A stretch of 55,352 bases of DNA, filler included, from Squatina squatina (lineage: Eukaryota): assembly GCA_031763465.1 (NCBI GenBank). It is 3 parts of 3 records of this genome, joined end to end, with 100 filler letters (N's around TTAATTAATTAA, not from the genome) between each part and the next. Parts side by side here need not be neighbours in the genome. Positions count along the whole stretch, not along the records: positions 1 to 19,448 come from JARFOE010000073.1; positions 19,549 to 38,713 come from JARFOE010000004.1; 1 more part is not named here. One strand, 5' to 3'. The notes beneath the pieces are model-generated. The model was not told the DNA's origin. It saw only the letters and a program-made list of their open reading frames with translations, and made no database searches. Numbering within the stretch: the stretch's first letter is position 1; each line of letters starts with the position of its first letter. A program made the position numbers and the translations under genes. Shown here piece after piece: positions 11,951-22,290 of this stretch.

Positions 11951-12755
11951 ATGATTGCACAGAGGCAGAGGTTCTCCGATGACTCCTTCCATATGCTTAT
12001 GGAGGGAGTCAGAGCACATAGGGAGGTACTCTCCCCTTTCAATGGGCGGAAGAGATCTCCCCTGCAGGTAAAAAGAGTCCGGCTCCAAATTGTAGAGGAG
12101 GTCACCAGCAGGGTGTGGACATGAGGACCTGGGTGCTTTGCTGCACTTATTTCAGTGATCTCATTTGATCAGGAAACGTTAGTATGAAGCTACACTCAAC
12201 TTTTTCCTGCTGTGCCTCTCATCACATCCCCATCACTCTGCCTTCCAACCCTACTCCTGCACATGCATCACTCTCACTCAACCTTCTCTTCTTTCCCTCC
12301 TTGCAGGAAAGGAGAACCTAAAATAAGAGGAAGAGGGGGAGAATCGGCAGTGGCCCGCCATCATTTGCAAACCTTACAACAGCAGAGGAGGCTGTTTTAG
12401 AAATATCTGGAGTCACCGAGCAGCTGGAGGTAGGAGACAGAGAGAGGGGGACACCTCAGCAACCTGGTGACAAAATTACATATCATACAGCCACATGGCA
12501 TAAATCAGTCACTCATATGCAGACTGATGAAATCAGCCAGAGAATGGTCATCATGTGCATAATGGTATCTGTACCCATTCTTCATATGACATATCTAACT
12601 CACCTCTTTACTTTCCAACAGGTCCATCAAGAGGCCCCCCTACTCCCACTCTAGGTGGAAGAGGAAGACAACTCCTCTGAGAGCGCACCATCACCAGACA
12701 AAATGCACCTAGCACCAGCACAGATATGCACACCTGGGTGGGTCCCCATGCAAGA
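11951..12755 (+). pseudogene. PIF/Harbinger accessory Myb/SANT-like (MSANTD/trihelix-type) gene, decayed, with three exon-like segments (11951-12177, 12307-12466, 12622-12755)
   Basis: RFSDDSFHMLMEGVRAHREVLSPFNGRKR..IVEEVTSR..RTW..C...FSDL, then after a GT..CAG intron ERRT*NKRKRGRIGSGPP..LTTAEEAVLEISG, then an acidic/Ser-rich segment. This matches the RFS-xx-L...RTW-x-QC-RKRF-x-DL...RTGGGP layout of Harbinger Myb-like proteins. In-frame stops are present. Confidence 0.8.
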
Positions 12756-14434
12756 NNNNNNNNNNNNNNNNNNNNNNNNNNNNNNNNNNNNNNNNNNNNN
12801 NNNNNNNNNNNNNNNNNNNNNNNNNNNNNNNNNNNNNNNNNNNNNNNNNNNNNNNCCATGGCATCCATAGTTATTTTCAAGCTGTCAGCGCTAAAATGAT
12901 TCAAACAATACTTGTTTTAGCTTTCTTTTCAGATTCTATGCTTGTCTTTTCAAAAATGTTTTTGCATTCTAAATTAAACGGTTGTGCTTTCTGTGAATTC
13001 ATCCAAACCACCAAGGCAAAAATAATTATTAACCTTACATTTTTTTCTCGCTTTTTTGCAATGCATAATTATTTTCTGTTTGTTTATTTGTGAAGTGAGC
13101 TGCTATTGTATCCCCGGATCGCGAAGAGGGTATTTTGTCAACCTGGTACTTGCTCGGTTGTTTAAAACCATTATTATTCAGGCTTTTTATTGGAAGCCAT
13201 TATGTTTAACAAATAAAGCTAAGCAAACTCATTTTGAACGCATGGAGTCCACGTCAGTAGCCTTCAAGTGTGAAATTATACCTCGAGGAGGTGAAAATAC
13301 CAACATGCTATTTGGAAATATTTATGATTGAATCTGTGAATAGATGTTCAACTACCAGAGTTTAAACAACTCTTTGTCCCCTGCTCATTTATTTATTCCG
13401 TGCAAAATAATCGAGTATAAACTGGACATCATCAATGAACTTCTTTTGCGTGTTACTCCAGTTATTAATTTTGGCAATACATAATTACCTCAGTTGTTAA
13501 AATACAGCCATACATGTGCAAATACAATTCAGTCTTGCTTTGATTATGACCACATTGTGCATGAGATAATTACCATTTATTTTGCTTTTGTGGTTCTTGA
13601 ATGAATTTTACACATGAGATGCCTTAATTTGTATGTGTTTTATTGCTGCAGAATAGGTCTTGGCAAACTGCCTAAAGTCTAGTAAGGCAGTAAATCCTAT
13701 CATAGTGTTATAAAATCCATTAAGAGTGAGTTGTGAGCCTAANNNNNNNNNNNNNNNNNNNNNNNNNNNNNNNNNNNNNNNNNNNNNNNNNNNNNNNNNN
13801 NNNNNNNNNNNNNNNNNNNNNNNNNNNNNNNNNNNNNNNNNNAACAGGGAATTTGTCTTTTGATACAGAGTAAACTCCTGGGCAGAAGATCTTACAACAA
13901 TCATTTTGTGGTTAGAGACTCACAACAGTCGTTGTAACACTGTATGATGTTTCTTTTATTACCAGTTGTAAGAGAAGACGAGATGGCATTGAGTTCAATG
14001 GAATGAACTTGCTGGAAGGGCAAAGAAACCCATTAGATTCAACACACATCATATTTCATAATCCGAATCCCATGGTTAAAGCTGACACAACAGAATGGGT
14101 TTGTTGCAGTCAGGATAATGTAAAACCTGCCGCATCTTCTTTCCTTAGCACATTGCTTACTGGACACTGGTGGCTTACAGCCCATTAATCACCAACAGCG
14201 GAGGATATCACTGGGGCCACGGCACTCTTTGCGGCTTCAATTGGAGCAGCATCAATTTCAGAAAATAACAATGAGACAGCAAAAGGCTTGAATTTCTCAT
14301 CTGTAAGTGTGATTCAAGTATATTGTCTGGTTAACCTTTTAATTAAAACTATTTTAACAAACTCATTAAACATTACCCAACAGGGGAGTTGTTCAAAAAA
14401 TATAGAGCCTTTTTAATGTAGGAAAAAAAATGTT

Positions 14435-14762
14435 CTAAGGTGCTTCACGGAGGCGCAATCGGACAAAAATGGATGCCGAGCCAAAGGAGATACTAGGAGG
14501 GATGGCTAAAAGGTTGGTCAAAGAAGTGTTTTTTTTTAAGTGCTTCTTGAAGGAGAGAGAAGTGGAGGGGTTAATGGAGAAATGTGGGGCCGAGATAGCT
14601 GAAGGCATGGCTGCCAACGGTGGGGAGAAGGAGGAGGGATGTTCACAAAGATCAGAATCCGAGGGACGGGGAGTGTAGGGATGGAAGTGATTAAAAGATC
14701 GGGAAGGAAGAGCCCAGGATGGGATTTAAACACGAGGATTAGACATTTAAATTGGGGGAACA
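14435..14762 (-). mobile_element. L2-clade LINE 3' end
   Basis: Minus strand gives PQFKCLILVFKS..GL..P..L and STSLSFKKHLK..L, followed by a GTGAAGCACCTTAG tail, typical of an L2 ORF2 C-terminus and 3' UTR. Confidence 0.7.
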
Positions 14763-14769
14763 AGGAACC

Positions 14770-15108
14770 TGAGAGGATGTTTCCGCTTGTGGGGAAATCT
14801 AGAACTAGGGGACACAGCCTCAGAATAAGGAGTCGCCCATTTAAGACGGAGACGAGGAGGAATTTCTTCTCTGAGGGTCGTGAATCTTTGGAATTGTTTA
14901 CCCCAGAGAGGTGTGGAGGCTGAGTCATTCAATATATTCAAGGCTGAAATAAACAGATTTTTGAACCACAGGGGAGTCAAGGGTTATGGGGAGCAGGCAG
15001 GAAATTGATGTTGAGGCCAAAATCAGATCAGCCATGATCGCATTGAATGGTGGAGCAGGCTCAAGTATCCGAATGGCCTACTCCTGCTCCTATTTCTTAT
15101 GTTCTTAT
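14770..15108 (+). mobile_element. CR1 LINE 3' end
   Basis: ERMFPLVGKSRTRGHSLRIRSRPFKTETRRNFFS, followed by the CR1 3' UTR and TTCTTATGTTCTTAT tail. Confidence 0.9.
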
Positions 15109-15450
15109 TTTGAACAGTGAATTTGCCATTTTCCTATGTATAACCTCCAATTTAAAAAGATGCAGGCTTAAAAACTGACTAGAAGTACAAACAAGCATGA
15201 TTAAACAGCAACATATGGCCCGCATTGGCTTCCTGGGTGCAAGCACTGCCTGGGGCAGTATGGAGGCCTGCTGCTACAGAAGTCCCAGGATGGGGTGCTA
15301 GTCTGTGTGGAGTTAGCCGATCTTTGCTGGGATGGGAGGAGAGGATCTGCAATTGGTCACAATAGGAAGAAGGAAGAAATCAACCAAGATTCTCGTGCCT
15401 GATCACCATGAAAGAGGCCTGTTATTTACTGGGACTGGGTTTTGACTTTA

Positions 15451-15638
15451 TGTAATGTATCAGGAACAGGGTTGTGACTTTGCTTGGTACACCTACGGCA
15501 ACTCCAGTGGGTGGGGTATAAAGCCAGGTGATTCCTGTGAGCCCGCCCTCTCTTCACCTGTCTTCCTCCAGAGACTCCTGGAGCTCACCTGAGCCAGGAG
15601 CCCTGCTGGAGTCAGAGCCGAGCTACTTGATGTGAAGT
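15451..15638 (+). mobile_element. Possible LTR fragment, cut by gap
   Basis: Starts TGTAATG and carries GGGTATAAAG followed by a pyrimidine-rich stretch, as in Gypsy/ERV LTRs. No second LTR, PBS or TSD is visible. Confidence 0.3.
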
Positions 15639-16081
15639 NNNNNNNNNNNNNNNNNNNNNNNNNNNNNNNNNNNNNNNNNNNNNNNNNNNNNNNNNNNNNN
15701 NNNNNNNNNNNNNNNNNNNNNNNNNNNNNNNNNNNNNNCATTCCTGGAAGGCTTCATACATTTTCTGTATAAACAATGAATCTGGCAACAGCTTTCATTA
15801 TGGTGCGAAATTGCAGAGGCCTGCATCATGTTACTGCTGTAATAACGGCAGTTGAGAATTGCAGCCAACATTTGCAGACAGAAGACTGTGCCTCATCAGA
15901 AACACAGCCCACTCGGAGCATCCATATTGTGCTATGCCTAAGAGCACTCATCAAGAGAGCCTGAAAACCATCTGTCGGAGGGGATTGAAGCTTGGACAAC
16001 AGCCATCCTCACTTGAAAGGTTTTGAAGCCATCTGCAAAGTGAATAAGGTTGAGTCTATGGGGCTCAAAATACAAAACGTG

Positions 16082-16190
16082 CAACTTCTGGCGGTTGATC
16101 ACTCGGCTCGTGCGTCGATGAAGAATGCAGCTAGTTTAGAGAATTAATGTGAATTGCAGGAAACATTTGATCGTTGACACTTTGATTGCA
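16082..16190 (+). pseudogene. 5.8S rRNA pseudogene fragment (5' ~110 nt)
   Basis: GCGGTTGATCACTCGGCTCGTGCGTCGATGAAGAATGCAGCTAGTTTAGAGAATTAATGTGAATTGCAGGAAACATTTGATCGTTGACACTTTGATTGCA aligns with vertebrate 5.8S (GCGGTGGATCACTCGGCTCGTGCGTCGATGAAGAACGCAGCTAGCTGCGAGAATTAATGTGAATTGCAGGACACATTGATCATCGACACTTCGAACGCA). Several differences are CpG-type, the 3' GC-rich hairpin is absent, and there is no 18S or 28S nearby. Confidence 0.93.
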
Positions 16191-17146
16191 GTTTTCAGAC
16201 TATTCTCAAACTGAAAAATGGGGCTCCATAGTATCGTGGAAAGGAAAATAAGGATCGGCAACAATGCCAGCTTCTTGCAACAATATGGCGTGTGGCGCAC
16301 TTCTGCCATGCAATGAGTGCGTGTGCCCTGCCTACTACATTGGATGCTCAGGCACCCATTTTGCACCTGTTGTACCATCTAATTTTTAGGTCTGTGAGTT
16401 TTTAACCCCTGTGTGGCCATTTACTTTTAAGTGGCTGCATCCATTGAAATTACACCTGAAGCGATGTTTTCTGGTCCCCGTTAGAGGCTAACTCCCTGCA
16501 CAAGACCAAAATTACACAGGGAGCTACAGGCAATTATGACAAGTGAGCTGACCACTGTCGATTACCTGCGGTCAGCTCCACTGTGCTTACTAGCTAGCTT
16601 TGCCCAGGCACCTTAACATTCTGGACTGAACAAGGACCCAAAAAAGCTATCCAATTAAGCTTTGTGGAAGAATCACTATCCTGGTTGCTATAATTTTGAT
16701 TTGGAGCAACAGCAAAAAGCAAATTTTGTGACAGTTGAATGAATGTACCATTTTTTCAAAGTAGATCAATTCTTCAAGCTTCTCCCGAAGGCAATGTCTG
16801 ATTCCTACCTATCATAGGAAAGCATTATTCCACAATTTATTGCTGCACCACATGAGTCAGGTGTAACGGAATTATTTTATGAAATAGCTGAGCACACAGC
16901 TTAGTGTTTGATCACACAGAGTCCATCTGGATGTACAGGCAAGTGTTCTATGTGGAAGTAAGGGCCAAGAGTCAAGGCCACTGCATCTCAAAGCAAAAGC
17001 TGTCAGTTTAGATGGCAAAGGGTATAAATTACTGCTGTGGAATAGGNNNNNNNNNNNNNNNNNNNNNNNNNNNNNNNNNNNNNNNNNNNNNNNNNNNNNN
17101 NNNNNNNNNNNNNNNNNNNNNNNNNNNNNNNNNNNNNNNNNNNNNN

Positions 17147-17309
17147 CCACCATTCCAGATCATAACCAGTCGCTGCGTAAAAAAGTTTTTCCTCATGTCG
17201 CCTTTGGTTCTTCTGCCAATCACCTTGAATCTGTGTCCTTTGGTTCTCGACCCTGCCGCCAATGGGAACAGTTTTTCTCGCTCGACTCGGTCGAGACCCC
17301 TCATGATTC
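17147..17309 (-). mobile_element. CR1 LINE ORF2 C-terminal fragment
   Basis: MRGLDRVEREKLFPLAAGSRTKGHRFKVIGRRTKGDMRKNFFTQRLV; same subfamily as 4648-4830. Confidence 0.9.
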
Positions 17310-19036
17310 TTACTCAGTTCCCTCTAAAAAAAAACATAAATTAATACGTGTTAAAATTAAGAGTTATTTTATGTTAAAACTCACCATGTAAGCAGGATAA
17401 AATTTTATTTACTGTCTGGACTAGGTGCAGAACAGCTGCTCAACCTGAAAGCCAGTTCACCTTCTGCCCTGCAGGCCAGCCACAGCACATCTATTGGGCT
17501 GTAATTTGATACCATTTGACACACAGACCACTTTGAGTAGAGGGCGCGATGTAAACGTTGAGGGAGATCACATTCAGTTCACATCAGTAAATTTAAACGT
17601 CGTTCGATCTCCTGTGTAAACAGGGTATCAGTCACAAATGTGGTTGGCAGTTCCAAGCACTGCTGTGCAGCTCTGAGACATGAACTTGTGACCACCATGA
17701 ATAAAACATTTCAGCAGTGCAACTTTTAAACTTCCATGCAAAAGCACATTCCAAAAATAAACAAGACCTGTGAATTAAAAATCATTGGCTTGAAGAACTT
17801 GAAGCTCATTCCAGAAGGCTCGTGCTATAAAAAGTCTGGTTATAATTCAGCTCCAGAGAGATTGTATTCAGNNNNNNNNNNNNNNNNNNNNNNNNNNNNN
17901 NNNNNNNNNNNNNNNNNNNNNNNNNNNNNNNNNNNNNNNNNNNNNNNNNNNNNNNNNNNNNNNNNNNNNNNAACCTGTTTTTTGTGCTTTAGTTTAGGTA
18001 ATGCTGTGCAGGTGAAAATACATTTGATTTTATATCTGTGATTTTGTATCCAGTTTGATATTGTAACTGCCATTGATGGTCTGACCTTGATGAAACCGTC
18101 TCGGTGGCAGAATAAAAGTAATTGCTTTAATCACATCTGGCTTCCGACTTTGGTGATTAAGTAGAAGAGAAAGGGAGAGGAACATGCTTGCAACAGCAGA
18201 ATCTCTGATATACACTGGAGATACGTTACAAGGGAAGGAAAATTATTTATGTACAATGAATGGACTTACCTGCTATGACCATCACCGCAGGAGATCTATT
18301 AGCCTGACTAAAATGTCACTGAACAGCTGATTATGGCTGCAGAGGTGTCTAAATATGTGCCTGAAGGATGCTTTCTGCTCTTGAACGGTTTCTAAAGCCA
18401 TCTTTTATCAATGCTGTTCTACTGGAGCATTTAAAAGCATGGCTCACTTTTCTACTTCAGTTGCATGCTTAAACCAGACATTGAGATAACGTTTATTGCT
18501 GACCTTGTGCTTTTAAATGAGCTAAAATTGGATCCAATGGCTATTTAGTGCGGTTCCATAATAGGAATTTAGTATTTCCGAATGCCAACTACATGGGGCA
18601 CAGTTAGGTTCAGCGGTTATTCAATCTAAAGCTCATTAATGGGCACTTTACCCAGGGTTCCTTAATTTCTGTATTCTTCCATGCAGTGATTAGATGTCAG
18701 TCCTGACAGCACGGATTGCCTGCTGTAGGGCAATGAGATGTACAGTACTTGAATATAAAGATAGTAATTACTTACTGCAGAGCCTAGCCAGAGCCTGACA
18801 TTTGAAATCATTTTCCTTTCACCAGTATCTAACTGAGCTGAGAAACACAGCCAGTGCAATCCAGTTATTACTGCCCAACGTCAATTAGGAAGTTACTTAC
18901 AGAAAATGAGCTTTTTTTTCCCTCCCTGTATTCGAGGCCAGGATTTTAACACCGCTTGCCCAGTGAGAATGGTGAATGAGAGAGGTTAACATTTGAAAAT
19001 TCTATCTCCGGGCTCCAACCAACTACGTTCCTGCCA

Positions 19037-19365
19037 ATCATAGAATCATAGAATGGGTTACAGCAAGAAGGAGGCCATTCAGCCCATCAAGCCCGTGCCG
19101 GCTCTCTGCAAGAGCACCTCAGCTAGTCCCACTCTCCCGTCCTTTCCCCGTAGCCTGCTGCAAATTTTTTTCCTTCATGTGCTTATCCAATTCCCTTTTG
19201 AAAGCCGAGATTGAATCTGCCTCCACCACCCTCTCAGGCCATGAATTCCAGATTGCTGCATTAATATGCTTTTCCTCATGTCACCTTTGGTTCTTTTGCC
19301 AATCACCTTAATTGCATGTCCTCTGGTTCTCGACCCTTCCGCCAATGTGAACAGTTCTCTCTTTT
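19037..19365 (-). mobile_element. CR1 LINE 3' end
   Basis: RELFTLAEGSRTRGHAIKVIGKRTKGDMRK plus a 3' UTR ending in an (ATTCTATG)n tail. Confidence 0.88.
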
Positions 19366-19448
19366 TATTGAGATCATATATTAGTTTAAATAACTGAAAA
19401 TTATGTGGCGACATGTACTTCAAGGGGGTAAGGCTCCCTCCCAGCGGT

Positions 19449-19548
19449 NNNNNNNNNNNNNNNNNNNNNNNNNNNNNNNNNNNNNNNNNNNNTTAATTAA
19501 TTAANNNNNNNNNNNNNNNNNNNNNNNNNNNNNNNNNNNNNNNNNNNN
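19449..19548. other. Artificial scaffold linker N44-TTAATTAATTAA-N44
   Basis: A 12-mer with stop codons in all six frames centred in exactly 100 bp. An identical construct lies at 38714-38813. Confidence 0.95.
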
Positions 19549-20260
19549 AAATGACATGTGCAGAGTGAATCAAGGCTTAACCTGACTCCAGAACAAAATA
19601 GTGTGAAACTCCTTACTCCCAGAAGACCGCCCACAATTCCTTGATCTATGCCTCCCAGTGGGTGCGGCTCCGAGCCGGGAGCATGCATTTGTAAATTCCT
19701 CATTGTAGTGTAAATGTACCCACAGTAGCTGTGGTAAATAATTCAGAACATTTGTTTAGTAACCTGAAATAATAGGCTCAATGACAGGCTTAGTTCATTA
19801 AATATGCCAGCAGTAGATCTTAAAACGGTAATTATTGAAAGCTGCTAACCAAAGCCTGTCTTCTTTTGATAGGTGAACTCCACCTACCTCTGCTCTCACC
19901 ATTTCACCTGGTGCTGTCTCTCCTCAGAGGATGAAACAAGGCTATGGGGAGCACAGGAAGCAGCTGGATTAGCTTTGGATTGTTCAAACGAAGAGCCAGC
20001 ATTGACATAATGGGACAAGTGCACTCCTTCTATTTTATAAACGTCTACGCTTCTATCAGAAATGTGTCTCATTGCTTATTTAACCCATTTATATTGTCCC
20101 CTTCAATAGCCTTCCTTACTACACAAGTTTATTACATTTTGACTGATAAAGATTTCCCTGNNNNNNNNNNNNNNNNNNNNNNNNNNNNNNNNNNNNNNNN
20201 NNNNNNNNNNNNNNNNNNNNNNNNNNNNNNNNNNNNNNNNNNNNNNNNNNNNNNNNNNNN

Positions 20261-20337
20261 CTCTACACTGTCCCATCAAACACTCCCAGGGCAGGTACAG
20301 CATGGGTTAGATACAGAGTAAAGCTCCCTCTACACTG
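20261..20337 (+). repeat. Edge of a 67-bp-period tandem repeat
   Basis: CTCTACACTG occurs at 20261 and 20328, bracketing TCCCATCAAACACTCCCAGGGCAGGTACAGCATGGGTTAGATACAGAGTAAAGCTCC. It abuts a gap, as a collapsed array would. Confidence 0.6.
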
Positions 20338-20898
20338 GTCTGACAATGTGCCTGAACCTCACAAGGGTATCCACCTCACTGGATCACCATGACATTTCCT
20401 CTATTTCCCACACCAGCCTTCCTGTGGCCTCTCTGAGTAAGATTCTCAATTGTCACTGGCCTAGGTAAAACATTTCATATGTGAAGGATATAATACATAA
20501 GCTTGTAGTTTAAGTGAGATGAAGCTCTTCATAACGCAGTGTAAAATGTCACTGCACAAGCAGTGCTGTTCAGCAAATGAACAAAATGTGACATAACTCA
20601 AAAAGTGAAGCACAAATTGCAATCAAGCCCCTAAATACATCATTTAGAAATGTTACATTGAACATCTCTTATAGACATGGTACAACATCTAAACTGGATT
20701 GATTCCGACAATACCACAAATTCACAGGTCCAATGTGAACTGTACTGCAACAAAAACTGCTCATTTGTTCAGTCATATGTATTCTTAATTTTCTGAAGAG
20801 AATAAAAAACAAAATAGGTTTTCCCATTGGTAAGCATACTTCAACTTTCAGCTCAGTTAGCATGGCTGTACAGCCTATTCCAATCACTGTTAATCTTT

Positions 20899-21133
20899 TA
20901 TAAAAACAGAACATTCTGGAAGTACTCAGCAGGTCAGGCAGCATCTGTGGAGAGAGAAACAGAGCCAACGCCTCAGGTCGATGACATCAGCTGCTGTAAC
21001 AACCCCAGAGCGATTCTGATATGAGTCTACCCAGTTCTGACGAAGGGTCATCGACCTGAAACGTTAACTCTGTTTCTCCTTCCACAGATGCTGCCTGACC
21101 TGCTGACTATTCCCAGTATTCTCTGTTTTTATA
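20899..21133. mobile_element. Inverted pair of Penelope-like terminal repeats (arms 20899-20985 and 21047-21133)
   Basis: Two 87-bp arms are reverse complements (about 85% identical by manual count) with a 61-bp spacer. An inverted truncated terminal repeat is a known Penelope-like insertion structure. Confidence 0.7.
21033..21069 (+). ncRNA. Minimal type I hammerhead-ribozyme-like motif
   Basis: AGTT-CTGACGA-AGGGTC-ATC-GACCT-GAAA-CG-T-T-AACT: CUGANGA and GAAA core boxes, stem II with one bulge, 4-bp stem I (AGTT/AACT) and a palindromic ACGT remnant of stem III. Confidence 0.55.
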
Positions 21134-21940
21134 TGGGACCTCCATCTATACGATTCAAGAGATCAGATGGTACTTGATTGGTTGTCAAAGGGTTAACCTT
21201 AAAACGTAGCAATAGATTACTATTTCAGCAATTAATAAAAGCCATTTGCAAAAGCATCATTGAGATAAAAAGCCATGTAATATATTCTTCTGTACTTGAC
21301 AAAATCTACATTTCATTTGGTCTTAAAACACTCAAGCGCTGAGCTGTGTTCTGTGCTTTCATTTTCTTTAGTACAGAGTGTTGGCACATGGTTAAATATT
21401 AAAACACAAGACAAGGGGCAATATGCTGCTGCTTGAAGGAGGGAATAGGATATTAAAATGACTAAATGCACAAAATGTTTGTAGTTCAAGACACATTTAA
21501 TTATTAATGGCGTATTCACAAAATGTTTTGCTTTGGTTGCTTTGCCCACTGTTCACAGATGCACGAACATATGTTATGAAATTAACAAGCAAGATCTTCA
21601 GAAACCAGACACCATTTTGAGAGCAGAATGCAAATAAGCTGCCTTGCGAAAAGGTGAGGGCCATTATTAAAACAATAAGTTTTAATGATAGATTAAAACA
21701 AGTAACAGTACAAAGAATAATAGAACCCCTGCCAGAGAGAAATGGGCTTGCTGACAAAGATGGATTTTAGTTAGTTAGTCAGTCAGTGAAATTAATAAGC
21801 AGAACATTTCCAGATAATTGTTCCTGAAACCTCTGTTTCTNNNNNNNNNNNNNNNNNNNNNNNNNNNNNNNNNNNNNNNNNNNNNNNNNNNNNNNNNNNN
21901 NNNNNNNNNNNNNNNNNNNNNNNNNNNNNNNNNNNNNNNN

Positions 21941-22290
21941 TTTTCTGCCCCTTGGTGTTTCTTAGCTCCACCACTCTGATTCTACATCTTGATCTCCTGA
22001 GCCAAGATCCTTTCTCACTATCAGACTGATCCCACCCTTTATTAACAGTGCTACTCCACCTCCTTTGTCTTTATGCCTGTCCTTCCTAATCGTCAAATAT
22101 CCTTGAATATTCAGTTCCCATCCTTGGTCACCCTGCAGCCATATCTCCATAATTGCAATTATATCGTTGCCATTCACACCTATTTGTGCCGTTAATTCAT
22201 CTACCTTGTTGCAAATGCTTCGTTCATTCAGATAAAGTGCCTTTAAATTTGTCATTTTAACACTTTTTTGTACTTTGTCTCTATTTGCTG
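21941..22290 (-). mobile_element. CR1 LINE ORF2 N-terminus (APE endonuclease) fragment
   Basis: LKALYLNERSICNKVDELTAQI...DIIAIMEIWLQGDQGWELNIQGY..RKDR..KGGGVALLIK...VELRNTKGQK. Confidence 0.92.

Noticed and set aside
16082-16190. Functional rDNA locus
   Set aside because: Truncated, mutated at conserved positions, and lacking 18S, 28S and GC-rich spacers.
18264-18272. ACTTACCTG as a U1 snRNA 5' end
   Set aside because: No further U1 similarity. It is just the reverse complement of a consensus donor (CAG|GTAAGT) with no identifiable exon.
19493-19504. TTAATTAATTAA as a biological site (piggyBac TTAA target, homeodomain site)
   Set aside because: It is centred in N runs and duplicated exactly at 38758-38769, so it is a synthetic linker.
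19873-20040. Apparent exon after TTCTTTTGATAG
   Set aside because: Its 3' half is a decayed CR1 3' UTR (GCTATGGGG...AAGAGCCAGCA...ATGGG) and no protein is recognisable.
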